Below are positions 6,322 to 15,015 of a stretch of DNA of 25,222 bases, one piece after another. The translations under genes and the position numbers were made by a program. The stretch comes from an uncultured Candidatus Binatia bacterium (GTDB lineage: Bacteria > Desulfobacterota > Binatia > DP-6). The notes below the pieces were generated by a model that searched no databases, was not told the DNA's origin, and was given only the letters and a program-made list of their open reading frames with translations. The stretch is taken from contig CAZLYE010000298.1 of assembly GCA_964562865.1 (NCBI GenBank), positions 1 to 25,222 on the forward strand, read 5' to 3'. Within the stretch, counting starts at the first letter, position 1. Each line of letters starts with the position of its first letter.

Positions 6322-6789
6322 TCAGCCCCGCTCGCAGATCACGACCGGGATCTCACGCGTCGTCCGATCCTGGTACTGCGCGTAGTCCGGGTACATGGCG
6401 ACGAGACGCGGCCAGAGGACGCGCCGCTCCTCTGGCCGCGCCGTCCTGGCGCGCATCGGCACGCGCTCCCCGCCGATCTCGACCTCGCAGCGGGGTTCGC
6501 TGCGGAGGTTCAGGTACCAGGCCGGATGGTGGCTCATGCCGCCCTTCGAGCCGACGACGACGACGCGGTCGCCGTCCCGCAGGTAGAGCAGCGCGACCGT
6601 CCGCAACGCCCCCGACTTCCGGCCGCGTGTCGTCACGAGACAGATCGGCGCGCCGCCACGGAAGCGTGCGCCCAGCCGGCCGCCCGTCAGCCGGAAGAGC
6701 CAGACGTTGGCGGCGGTCATGATCCGGATGAAGACGGTCCCGATCCACTCCTGCGTCGGCGTCCAGGGCTCGAGCGGTGTCTGGGCCAT
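6322..6789 (-). CDS. Deazaflavin (F420H2)-dependent nitroreductase-family oxidoreductase (Ddn-like)
   Basis: LVTTRGRKSGALRTVALLYLRDGDRVVVVGSKGG…HPAWYLNL…YAQYQDRTTREIPVV. SD GAGGGGG before ATG 6789. True start lies inside the track ORF 6322..7950. Confidence 0.93.
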   Translation of the reverse strand: MAQTPLEPWTPTQEWIGTVFIRIMTAANVWLFRLTGGRLGARFRGGAPICLVTTRGRKSGALRTVALLYLRDGDRVVVVGSKGGMSHHPAWYLNLRSEPRCEVEIGGERVPMRARTARPEERRVLWPRLVAMYPDYAQYQDRTTREIPVVICERG

Positions 6790-6806
6790 GGGTCCCCCTC
6801 CCAAAC

Positions 6807-8021
6807 TCAGTCGCGATACAGCCTGTGCGCGGCCGCTTCCCTCGCGAACGCCCGGATCTCTCCCCGCCACTCGGCCGCGAGGTCGCGCAGCGACGCTCCC
6901 GACTCGATCGCCTCCCGGATGCGCGGATCCCCGGTGAGGACGTCGATCGGCAGCCGATCCGTCACGTACTCGTAGGGCGGCTGCTTCCACGCGAATCGGT
7001 CGCGGTGGAGCGCGACGACGTCCTGCAGGAGCGCGAGCGTCGTCAGATACGGCTGGTAGCGCGCCGGGTCCGTCACGTGGATCTGGAAGCCGCGACAGAC
7101 CTCGCCGCTCCACTTGTGGAACGTCGGCTGGAAGTCGTGCTCGCGGAGGACGCACCCGGGAAGGCGGCGCTTCTCGAAGCGGGCACGCACCGCGAGGGGG
7201 TCGAGATACGGCGCGCCCCAGACCTCGAAGGGCCGCGTCGTCCCGCGTCCCTCGGAGAGGTTCGTGCCCTCGAGGAGCACCTGCCCGGGATAGACCGCCG
7301 CCGTCTCGGGCGTCGGCATGTTGGGTGACGGGAGCACCCACGGGAGCCCGGTCTCGTGGAAGCTCATGCGCCGCCGCCATCCCTCCATCGGGACGACGGT
7401 CAGCTCGCACGGGCGCTTCCCCGTGCGCTCGGGAAGGCGCGCGTTCACGAGGAGCGCCATCTCGCCGAGCGTCAGCGCGTGGCGCATCGGCACGGGGTAG
7501 AGCCCGACGAACGACTCGTAGCCCGGGCGGATCACGTTCCCCTCGAGCATCGTCCCGCCGATGGGGTTCGGGCGGTCGAGCACCACGACCGACTTGCCCG
7601 CCGCTGCGCACGCCTCGAGCGCGAGCGCGGTCGTCCACTCGAACGTGTACACGCGGGTGCCGACGTCCTGCAGGTCGACGACCAGCGTGTCGATGTGCTC
7701 GAGCATCGCCGGGGTGGGGCTCCGCGTCTCCGAGTAGAGGCTGAAGACGGGGATGCCGAGCCGGCCGTCGGTCGCGTGGCTCGACTCGATCATGTTGTCC
7801 TGCTTCTCGCCCGCGATGCCGTGCTGCGGGCCGAAGAGCGCCGTGAGCCGCGCGCCGCAGAGCCGGTGGAGGACGTCGCGCGACGACACGAGTCCGCGCG
7901 TGACCGACGCCTGGTGCATGAGAAGCCCGACGCGCCGCTCCCGGAGCCATCGCGGCCGCCGGTGCGCCAGCACCTCGAGCCCCGGCAGCACGCCCCGCGT
8001 CCTCCTCACCCCGTCTCCCAT
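6807..8021 (-). CDS. namZ: DUF1343 / exo-beta-N-acetylmuramidase NamZ family
   Basis: VGLLMHQAS, LFGPQHG, SLY, DLQDVGTRVYT, VVVLDRPNPIGG, LPWVLPSPNMPT, LEGTNLSEGRGTTRPFE. No signal peptide visible. Confidence 0.9.
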   Translation of the reverse strand: MGDGVRRTRGVLPGLEVLAHRRPRWLRERRVGLLMHQASVTRGLVSSRDVLHRLCGARLTALFGPQHGIAGEKQDNMIESSHATDGRLGIPVFSLYSETRSPTPAMLEHIDTLVVDLQDVGTRVYTFEWTTALALEACAAAGKSVVVLDRPNPIGGTMLEGNVIRPGYESFVGLYPVPMRHALTLGEMALLVNARLPERTGKRPCELTVVPMEGWRRRMSFHETGLPWVLPSPNMPTPETAAVYPGQVLLEGTNLSEGRGTTRPFEVWGAPYLDPLAVRARFEKRRLPGCVLREHDFQPTFHKWSGEVCRGFQIHVTDPARYQPYLTTLALLQDVVALHRDRFAWKQPPYEYVTDRLPIDVLTGDPRIREAIESGASLRDLAAEWRGEIRAFAREAAAHRLYRD

Positions 8022-8037
8022 CGTCCCCGCGCCGCGG

Positions 8038-8066
8038 ATTTCACACCGTCCGGGGCGCGAGATCAA
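8038..8066 (-). promoter_or_regulatory. Candidate sigma70 promoter TTGATC-N17-TGAAAT for namZ
   Basis: -35 at 8066-8061 and -10 at 8043-8038, just upstream of ATG 8021. Partial consensus match only. Confidence 0.35.
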
Positions 8067-8107
8067 ACATCGGGCGGGGAAGGGCCCGCGGCCCGCCCGC
8101 GGGGTGT

Positions 8108-8136
8108 TTGCGACCGGGGCCCGCGCCCGCTACCCT
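8108..8136 (+). promoter_or_regulatory. Candidate sigma70 promoter TTGCGA-N17-TACCCT
   Basis: -35 at 8108-8113 and -10 at 8131-8136, 10 nt before ATG 8147. Divergent from the namZ promoter. Confidence 0.5.
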
Positions 8137-8146
8137 TCGACGCGCT

Positions 8147-8365
8147 ATGGTGGTGGAGGACGTGGGGAACGAGGTGGTGCGGTTCGCCGTGCGCGTTGCT
8201 GGTCTCGCGCTGGCGGTGCCGATGGTGGCTGGGTTCGTCACGCTCGGCGCCGCGGTGCTGGTCGGGCGCTCGGTCCGCGAGGCGACGCGTCGGGGACGGA
8301 TGCTGCTGCCGTGGTGGAGAGTCCGCCGGGCGGATCCGCCCGCCGACGAGGCGCAGGCGGCCTGA
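8147..8365 (+). CDS. Small membrane protein, about 72 aa
   Basis: Hydrophobic stretch FAVRVAGLALAVPMVAGFVTLGAAVLVG followed by a basic tail. Fills the gap between two genes and has a promoter-like element upstream. Confidence 0.65.
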   Translation: MVVEDVGNEVVRFAVRVAGLALAVPMVAGFVTLGAAVLVGRSVREATRRGRMLLPWWRVRRADPPADEAQAA

Positions 8366-8371
8366 CCCGCC

Positions 8372-11305
8372 TCACCGCCCGACCAACGTCTTTCCCTTCT
8401 TCCTGAGCGTCGCCTCGCCGCGGAAGGACTGGCCGCCGCCCGTCATCCACAGGCGGACGACGTCTCCCGCGTTTGGCGCCGGCGTGACGGGCGAGATGGT
8501 GGCTCGCGCGCGCACGCCGCGCTTCCCGGCCTGCAGGACGAGCCCCGTGAGCGCGTGATCCGCGGCGGCCAGGCGGAGCGTGTGCCGGCCCTTCCGGCGG
8601 AGACCGGGCGTCCCGCAGTACGTCTCCGCGGCGGCGACGGTCATGCCGAACGCGGTCGCCGCGGGATCGAGCGTCAGACCCACCGGCACGTCGGCGACCA
8701 CCTTGGCGCGCGCGGCCCGCCGGCGGTGCGCCGGGCGGATCGCCACCTGACGCACCGCGAGCGCGCCGGCCGGGCAGTCCGGGTCCGCGGCGTCGATGAG
8801 GCCGTCGCCGTCGTCGTCCGCGCAGTCGCCGCAGCGAAGCTCCTCGTGGCAGTCGGCGATGCCGTTCCGGTTCACGTCGACGTCGGGCCGCGCGAGCCCG
8901 GGAACGACCACGGCGCCCCCGGTCATGGTGGCCGCCTGTGCGACCAGGTCGGGCGCACCGTCCCCGTTCACGTCGCCCGCCGCCAGGCCGAGCACGCGGC
9001 GGCCGAACGGAACCGCGCGTGCGGGCTCGAAGGTCCCGTCGCCGTGGTTGCGGAAGACGAACGCCCCGTTGCCGCCGAGCGCGGGGAACACGAGATCGAG
9101 ATGGCCGTCGTGGTCGAGGTCCGCGACCGGCAGCGGCCCGAGGATGCCGGGGAAGACCCGCCCGAGGGGTGGGAGTCCCGACGCGAACCCGAGCGCCTGG
9201 ACGAGGGTGTAGGTCCCGCCGCTCGCGCGGGCGATGCGGACGCGGAGCTCGCCCGTCGGATCGAACTCCAGGAGTGCCAGGTCGAGGTCGCCGTCGCCGT
9301 CGAAGTCTCCGCCCGTCAGTCCGAGGAAGGTGGTGGGGGGCGTCTGCGCCAGGATCGGCGCCTCCGCGACGAGCGTGCCCGCGTCGTTGCGGATCACCTG
9401 CACCTCCGTGATGCCCCCCGGAAGGAGGAGGAGCGTCACGAGGTCCGTGTCCCCGTCGCCGTCGACGTCGCCTGCGACCAGGTCCGTTCCCCGCCCCGCG
9501 AGCGCGACCGGCGGCTGCGCCGCGAACATCCCGCCACCGGTGCCGGCGAGCACGACGAGCGAGTTCACGTCGCTGTACGCCGCGGCGAGATCGAGGACGC
9601 CGTCGCCGGTGAACTCGCCCGCCACGATGGCGTTGGGGACGTTCGGGAGCACGTAGCTGTCCGCGGCGCCGATCGTCCCGCTCCCGGTGTTGCGGAGGAC
9701 GTACACCGTCATCGCGGCGCCGGCACCGACCACGAGGTCACGGTCGCCGTCGCCGTCCACGTCGACCAGGAGGATCCGCGTGGGCGTGTCGGCGAGCGGG
9801 AAGGCCGAGCCCACCTCGGCGACGGTGCCGTCCGCCGCGCCGCGTGCGATGACGATGGAGGAGCCGGTGCCCTGGAGGACGACGTCGGTCCGGCCGTCGC
9901 CGTCGAGGTCGCCCGCGGCGAACGCCGGCGCGCGCTCCGCACGCGCGTCCGCGAGCGACGTGAAGATGGGGGCGGCGAAGGCGACCGGAAAGGCGGCGTC
10001 GCAGGTGTCCGCGACGCCGTTGGCGTTGCAGTCGAGCCGGGGCGCCTCGCACGAGTCGGGCACGCCGCTCGCGTCGCAGTCGCGGGCGACCGCGGCCGCC
10101 CCGTGGAGGATGCTGACGGTGCCGTCGACCGAGTCCGAGGCGAGCACGTCCGTGTGGCCGTCGCCGTCGACGTCCGCGGCCGCGACGTCGAGCGGGCCGG
10201 TCCCGGCGGGGAAGGCCACGGGCGTGCTGAAGTGCCCGGTCCCATCGTTCAGGGCGAGGACGACGGCGTTCCCGGCCGACGAGACCGCGACCACGTCGGG
10301 CGCGCCGTTGCCGTCGACGTCGACCAGCTGGAGCGCGGTGCCCCCGGAGCCGGCCCGGACGGTCCCGGCGGCGGTGAAGGTCCCCGTGCCGTCGTTCAGG
10401 AAGATGTGGACGGCCGCGTCGGTCCCACTCAGGACGCCGAGGTCGAGGTCGCCGTCGGCGTCGAGGTCGGCGACGGCCAGCGAGGCAGGGTCGGGCACGG
10501 TGGCCGCGGTGGTCGCCGGGCCGACGATGTTGGTTCCGGTGCCCCGGAGAAGGCCGACCGTCCCGCTCCCGCGGTTCGCGATGAGCAGGTCGGCGTTGCC
10601 GTCCAGGTCGACGTCGGCGGCGACGAGCGCCTGCGGCCCGGTGCCGGTCGCGATCGTCGAGAACGGCCCGCTGAAGTTGCCCATGCCGTCGTTCAGGAGC
10701 GCGCGCACGCCTCCCCCGTCGCGGATGGAGATCGCGATCTCGGGCGCGCCGTCGCCCGTGACATCGAGGATCGCGAGGCCGTTCGGGTGACCCGGCACCG
10801 CGAACGGGCTGCCCGTGACGTCCGTGAACGTCCCGTCGCCGCCGTTCCGGAGGACCGACACGCTGTTCGCGTCGCCGTTCGCGACGACGAGGTCGGTGTT
10901 GCTCCCGAGGAGGATGATGCCCCCGCTCGTGTCGAGGACGGCGGCCGCGATGGCCTCGGGCCGGGCGCCGACGGTCACCGTCCCGGCGGTGGTGAACGTG
11001 CCGTCGGCGGCGCCGGCGAGGATCGTGACGGTCCCGGCCACGCGGTTCGCGACGGCCAGGTCACCGATCCCGTCGCCGGTCAGCTCCGCCGCGACCATGG
11101 CGGCTGGGAACGACCCGGCCGGCGTCGTGCTCCGCGTGAACCCGAGCGGGAAGAGGTCGCAGGCATCGGGGACGCCGTTCGCGTTGCAGTCGGCGGCCCC
11201 GCCGGCGATCTCCGTGGCGTCGTCGACGCCGTTCAGGTTGCAGTCCGTCGCGCCGGCCGTCGCGATCCACGCGAGCAGCACGAAGGGCACAGCCATCCTC
11301 CGCAT
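8372..11305 (-). CDS. Secreted FG-GAP/VCBS repeat protein (2 x 7 repeats) with DCNxNG Cys/Asp motifs
   Basis: Signal peptide MRRMAVPFVLLAWIATAGA; 14 DxDGDGxxDL-type repeats in two blocks of 7; DCNxNGVxDxC motifs; CADDDGDGLIDAADPDC near the C-terminus; SD GGAGG. Confidence 0.93.
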   Translation of the reverse strand: MRRMAVPFVLLAWIATAGATDCNLNGVDDATEIAGGAADCNANGVPDACDLFPLGFTRSTTPAGSFPAAMVAAELTGDGIGDLAVANRVAGTVTILAGAADGTFTTAGTVTVGARPEAIAAAVLDTSGGIILLGSNTDLVVANGDANSVSVLRNGGDGTFTDVTGSPFAVPGHPNGLAILDVTGDGAPEIAISIRDGGGVRALLNDGMGNFSGPFSTIATGTGPQALVAADVDLDGNADLLIANRGSGTVGLLRGTGTNIVGPATTAATVPDPASLAVADLDADGDLDLGVLSGTDAAVHIFLNDGTGTFTAAGTVRAGSGGTALQLVDVDGNGAPDVVAVSSAGNAVVLALNDGTGHFSTPVAFPAGTGPLDVAAADVDGDGHTDVLASDSVDGTVSILHGAAAVARDCDASGVPDSCEAPRLDCNANGVADTCDAAFPVAFAAPIFTSLADARAERAPAFAAGDLDGDGRTDVVLQGTGSSIVIARGAADGTVAEVGSAFPLADTPTRILLVDVDGDGDRDLVVGAGAAMTVYVLRNTGSGTIGAADSYVLPNVPNAIVAGEFTGDGVLDLAAAYSDVNSLVVLAGTGGGMFAAQPPVALAGRGTDLVAGDVDGDGDTDLVTLLLLPGGITEVQVIRNDAGTLVAEAPILAQTPPTTFLGLTGGDFDGDGDLDLALLEFDPTGELRVRIARASGGTYTLVQALGFASGLPPLGRVFPGILGPLPVADLDHDGHLDLVFPALGGNGAFVFRNHGDGTFEPARAVPFGRRVLGLAAGDVNGDGAPDLVAQAATMTGGAVVVPGLARPDVDVNRNGIADCHEELRCGDCADDDGDGLIDAADPDCPAGALAVRQVAIRPAHRRRAARAKVVADVPVGLTLDPAATAFGMTVAAAETYCGTPGLRRKGRHTLRLAAADHALTGLVLQAGKRGVRARATISPVTPAPNAGDVVRLWMTGGGQSFRGEATLRKKGKTLVGR

Positions 11306-11413
11306 CCCCCCACCTCCCACGGCACCACCCTTGTGACGCGACGGCGGCGTCTGTCAAGCGGATCGGATCCCGCATAGACTGCGCCCGGCGCCGACGCGGC
11401 GCGGGAGGAACGA

Positions 11414-11902
11414 ATGGCACGGCTCTTCCGGACGATCCTGGTGCCCCACGATTTCTCCCCGCACGCGACCGACGCGCTCCGCGTCGCGGCCGAGCTCGCT
11501 GCCGAGAGCAAGGGACGGCTCATCGTGCTGTACGCGATGCCGCTGGCGTATCCCGTGCCGGCGCTCGCGCCCGCCGCGCCCGCGGCGTGGATCCCGAGCC
11601 CGGTCCCGTCGCCGACGCTCGTCGCCCAGGAGCGCGAGCGGCTCCAGGCGCTCGTGGCGCGCGCCGTCTCGCGGCGCCGGAAGCTCCGCGCCGACTGCCG
11701 GGTCGTGATCGCGGACCCGTTCCAGGCGATCGTGGACGCCGCGCGCGACGCCACGGTGATCGTCATGAGCACGCTCGGCCGCACCGGGCTCGCGCACCTC
11801 CTCATGGGAAGCGTCGCGGAGAAGGTGGTCCGGCACGCGCCGATCCCCGTCCTGACGATCCGTCCGCGTGCCGGGAGGACCCGGCCGCCGCGCCGGCGCT
11901 GA
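11414..11902 (+). CDS. Universal stress protein (UspA family)
   Basis: FRTILVPHDFSPHATDAL…IVMSTLGRTGLAHLLMGSVAEKVVRHAPIPVLTI; SD GGAGG. Confidence 0.93.
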   Translation: MARLFRTILVPHDFSPHATDALRVAAELAAESKGRLIVLYAMPLAYPVPALAPAAPAAWIPSPVPSPTLVAQERERLQALVARAVSRRRKLRADCRVVIADPFQAIVDAARDATVIVMSTLGRTGLAHLLMGSVAEKVVRHAPIPVLTIRPRAGRTRPPRRR

Positions 11903-11923
11903 GCGCGCGCCCGGGACGCTCGC

Positions 11924-12523
11924 ATGCGCGCCCTGCACGGTCGGCTCCGCGCCGGGACAGGCCGGCGCCTCGTCGCGCTGGCCCTCGTCGCCGCGCTCGG
12001 ATGCACCGGGTCGCGCTCCACCGTCGCGCTCGTCGGCCCGACGGGCGAGCCGGTGCACCTCGCCGCGACGGAGCACGTGTGCGTCGCCGGCACGGAGGAC
12101 GCCCGCGACGGCACCCGGCAGTTCGGCGGCTCCGGACTGGCGGTCTCCGCGCGCACCGCGCGCGGGCTGCGCGCGAGCATCAAGAACGTCCAGGTCGTCC
12201 CCGACCTCGGGGGCGCCGCGATCGCGACGTGCCGCGCCCACCGCAATCGCTGGGTCGTGACACCGACGATCCTCCGCTGGGAGGAGCGGGCGCAGGGGGC
12301 GTCCGGCGCGCCCAACGTCGTGTGGGTCCGGCTCACCCTCCGCGACCTCACGAGCGACGGCGACGGCCACGAGATCGTCTTCCGGGCAGAGACGAGACAC
12401 ACCGTCGCGGGGCGCGCGCTCGGCGGCCTCCTGCAGTCACGCGCCGAGCCCGCGACCCGGCTGCTCGACGAGCGGTTCGACGGCGCCGTCCTCACGCTGG
12501 TCAACGGCGCGCCGGCCGAGTGA
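11924..12523 (+). CDS. Lipoprotein, DUF4823-like
   Basis: Lipobox LVAALGC. VVTPTILRWEERAQGASGAPNVVWVRLTLRD resembles the PTILxWEDRATxWSGxPD pattern I recall for DUF4823. Confidence 0.75.
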   Translation: MRALHGRLRAGTGRRLVALALVAALGCTGSRSTVALVGPTGEPVHLAATEHVCVAGTEDARDGTRQFGGSGLAVSARTARGLRASIKNVQVVPDLGGAAIATCRAHRNRWVVTPTILRWEERAQGASGAPNVVWVRLTLRDLTSDGDGHEIVFRAETRHTVAGRALGGLLQSRAEPATRLLDERFDGAVLTLVNGAPAE

Positions 12524-12540
12524 CCCCTGCCGAGCGGGCG

Positions 12541-13038
12541 CTACGCGGTCGAGTCGGCTTCGCCGTCGGCCGAGAGGCGATGGCGCCGCACGGGACCCGA
12601 CTCGGCGTCGAACGCGCACCGGGCGTGGTCCCGGCACCGTGCCGCGGCCGCCGCGTCGATCCAGTGGAGCTCCTCCCACGTCGCGATCGCGCGGTCCCAC
12701 CCCGAGCGGGTGGCCGGCACGGTGGAAGGCTGCATCGGCTTGTAGGTCTCGCGGAGCGTGCGGTACGTCCGCGCGAGCTCGCGGAGCAGGACGTCACGCA
12801 GCGTGACGCGGCCCGCGACCCACTCCCCGAGCAGCTGCTCGCCGGCCCGCCGCGCCGCGGCCTCGGTCGCGAACATCCGGTTGAGCGAGACGTTGTGGTC
12901 GCGCCCGGGCGTCGCCTCCCGCTCCTCGAGCTGGACGTCCGCCGTCCACCGGCCCCCCGCGGGACGACAGGTCACCTGGCCACTTCGGGCCGCCGGCGCC
13001 GTGGATGAGCCCACGGGCGGAGTGTCGGCAGCACGCAC
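12541..13038 (-). CDS. Hypothetical protein, about 165 aa
   Basis: Strongly C/G-ending codons from GQVTC onward. Fills the gap downstream of the esterase. Start uncertain (GTG 13038, no SD). Confidence 0.7.
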   Translation of the reverse strand: MRAADTPPVGSSTAPAARSGQVTCRPAGGRWTADVQLEEREATPGRDHNVSLNRMFATEAAARRAGEQLLGEWVAGRVTLRDVLLRELARTYRTLRETYKPMQPSTVPATRSGWDRAIATWEELHWIDAAAAARCRDHARCAFDAESGPVRRHRLSADGEADSTA

Positions 13039-13050
13039 GGCAAACTTGAA

Positions 13051-14868
13051 TCAGCGCGCCTGCGCGGCCTCGATGGGTCGGGCGCCGCACCGCTGCGCGT
13101 AGTCCTCCCGCGTGAAGTACGCCGAGTAGAGCGCCAGCTCCCGGAACCGCTCGCATTTCTCGCGCTCGGTCGGCATGCGCGGGTCCGCGTCGATCTCGGC
13201 GACCACGCTCGCCTTGGTCACGACGTCCGACGACATCCGGATCCCGCCGCCCGCCGGCGTGTCGAGGACGACGAAGGTGGGCTTCCCGTCCTCCGGCCCG
13301 TCCCACGCGCTCCAGCGAGGCAGCTCGCCATGCCGCCCCGTCCCGGGATCGCCCGCATGGGCGAACTCGGCCCAGTAGGACATCATCGCCGCCGAGAGCG
13401 CGGTCCGCCCCGGCTCGTTCTCCTTCGTCCACAGCCGGTCGGCCTCACGCCCGAGGTCGAAGTGTCCGAACACGAACGGGATCTCGAAGCCGTGTGCCGC
13501 CCCGAGGAGCCCGCCCAGGTCCAGCCCGAGGATGGTCGGCTCCTCGCGCCAGTCGAAGCGGTACGCCCACACCCGCTGCCCGTTCACCCGCCGCATCCGG
13601 AGCGCCACCTCGTCGACGGAGCCTGCCTTCCAGAGCTTGCTCCCGTACTCCGCGCTCAGCTCGTAGCTCGGCCGGTCGCGGACGACCGGGAAGATGCCGA
13701 ACCACCGTCGGACGAGCGCGGGATTGCTGAAGAGGAAGAGCTTCGTCTCGTCGCGCGTCGTCCCGAACACGACGGGGACCGGGTTGTACCGCCCGCGCTC
13801 GCCGAGCACGTCGAACGGCGCCTCGCGCGGGAGGACCGTCCCGTCCTGGAACACGGCCGGCAGGTCGAGGAGCCCGCCGAAGTTCCCGGGCGACGCGGCG
13901 GTGAGGAGCTCCTCGCTCGTCCGCGCGCGGAGGTAGCGCGCGATCTCGTCCCGGCTCATCGCGGCGAGGTGCGCCTTGGCCGCCGCGCGGTCCGCCGCAA
14001 CGTGGTCGGCGAGCAGGAGGGCGACGAGCAGCTCGTTCGAGCTGTTCCGGTGGCCGGGGATGGGATCGTCGGCGAACCGCTCCGCCTCGTCGGGCGTGGA
14101 CGTCCGGCGGCCCGCGCTCTCGACGATCGCACGGTGGAAGAGCCCGCGCGCGAGCGGCGAGGCGAGGAGCGTCACCACGTTCGTCCCGCCGGCCGACTCG
14201 CCGAAGATCGTCACGTTGCCGGGATCGCCCCCGAACGCCGCGACGTCGTCCCGCACCCACTCGAGGGCGCGGATCAGGTCGAGCGTCGTGAAGTTTCCCG
14301 AGCGCTCGGCCTCGGTGGTGCCCTCGCCGCGGAGCGCCACGTGCCGGAGCCACCCGAGCGGGCCGAGGCGATAGTTGAGGGTCAGCACGACGACGTCGCC
14401 CGACGTCGCGAGGTTGCTGCCGTCGAAGAACCCGCCGTGGCCGACCGAGTTCCCGCCGCCGTGGATCCACACCATGACGGGGAGCCCGCGCGCGTCCTTC
14501 GGCGCCCAGACGTTCAGGTAGAGGCAGTCCTCCGAGCCCGCCGGCGTCCCGCGCCGCACGCCCTCGATGCCGCCGAACGGGCTCGCGAGCTGCGGGCACG
14601 GCGACGCGACGCGGATTGCCTCGCGCGTCCCGGTCCACGGCGCCGGTGGCTCGGGGGCGCGCCAGCGGAGATCGCCGACCGGCGGCCGGGCGTACGGGAT
14701 GCCGAGCCACGCCCACCCGCCGTGACGCCCGGCCGTGCCGAGCACCGTTCCGGACGACGTCGTGCGCATCGTCGCCGGATCCGGTGCGGCGGGCGTGCGG
14801 TCGGCGCTCCCGCGCAGGCTCCCGCAGGCGGGCACGAGGACGAGCAGCAGAAGGAAGCCCCTTCCCAT
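13051..14868 (-). CDS. Type-B carboxylesterase, exported (possible lipoprotein)
   Basis: WLGIPYARPPVGDLRWRAP, SEDCLYLNVW, VMVWIHGGG, NVTIFGESAGG (catalytic Ser), GTTRDE, AAHGFEIPFVFG. N-terminus LLLLVLVPAC; SD GGAGG. Confidence 0.95.
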   Translation of the reverse strand: MGRGFLLLLVLVPACGSLRGSADRTPAAPDPATMRTTSSGTVLGTAGRHGGWAWLGIPYARPPVGDLRWRAPEPPAPWTGTREAIRVASPCPQLASPFGGIEGVRRGTPAGSEDCLYLNVWAPKDARGLPVMVWIHGGGNSVGHGGFFDGSNLATSGDVVVLTLNYRLGPLGWLRHVALRGEGTTEAERSGNFTTLDLIRALEWVRDDVAAFGGDPGNVTIFGESAGGTNVVTLLASPLARGLFHRAIVESAGRRTSTPDEAERFADDPIPGHRNSSNELLVALLLADHVAADRAAAKAHLAAMSRDEIARYLRARTSEELLTAASPGNFGGLLDLPAVFQDGTVLPREAPFDVLGERGRYNPVPVVFGTTRDETKLFLFSNPALVRRWFGIFPVVRDRPSYELSAEYGSKLWKAGSVDEVALRMRRVNGQRVWAYRFDWREEPTILGLDLGGLLGAAHGFEIPFVFGHFDLGREADRLWTKENEPGRTALSAAMMSYWAEFAHAGDPGTGRHGELPRWSAWDGPEDGKPTFVVLDTPAGGGIRMSSDVVTKASVVAEIDADPRMPTEREKCERFRELALYSAYFTREDYAQRCGARPIEAAQAR

Positions 14869-14977
14869 CGCGAACCTCCCTGACCTCGGCCCGAGCTATC
14901 AGGAAGGCGGGCGACGCCGCCAGCGCTCGTGCCGAGTCGTGGTTCGCGGCGACCGTGGACGCGACGCGCGGAGTCCG

Positions 14978-15007
14978 TTGACGCGCGCTCCCCCGGCGAC
15001 GTACTAG
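14978..15007 (+). promoter_or_regulatory. Weak sigma70-like element TTGACG-N17-GTACTA
   Basis: Good -35, atypical -10. The monooxygenase gene downstream has no SD. Confidence 0.3.
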
Positions 15008-15015
15008 CCAGGGTG

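Noticed and set aside
6320-6322. Convergent stops only 1 nt apart (similarly 16524/16532 and 8365/8372)
   Set aside because: Tail-to-tail packing is common in compact GC-rich genomes; no further evidence of antisense regulation.
8555-11377. 940-aa plus-strand ORF opposite the FG-GAP gene; likewise 21659..24109 (-), 16553..18706 (+), 4905..6266 (-), 13330..14883 (+), 15004..16200 (-)
   Set aside because: Antisense shadow ORFs expected at this GC content. They are Arg/Gly/Ala-rich, carry no motifs and fully overlap well-supported genes.
11329-11380. Perfect TTGACA (minus strand, 11357-11352) and TAGACT (plus strand, 11375-11380) between the FG-GAP and USP genes
   Set aside because: Each lacks a convincing partner hexamer at 16-18 nt, so no promoter is called.
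11924-11980. Twin-arginine-like RR in the signal peptides of the DUF4823-like, FG-GAP and Sbal_3080-like proteins
   Set aside because: No S/T-R-R-x-F-L-K context; Arg pairs are ubiquitous in this GC-rich proteome.
14912-14933. CGGCACGAGCGCTGGC (minus strand) as a sigma54 site for the esterase; also TGGCACG near 18690 and GGGCACG near 21640
   Set aside because: Spacing is GG-N11-GC or the -12 GC is missing; sigma54 spacing is strict.
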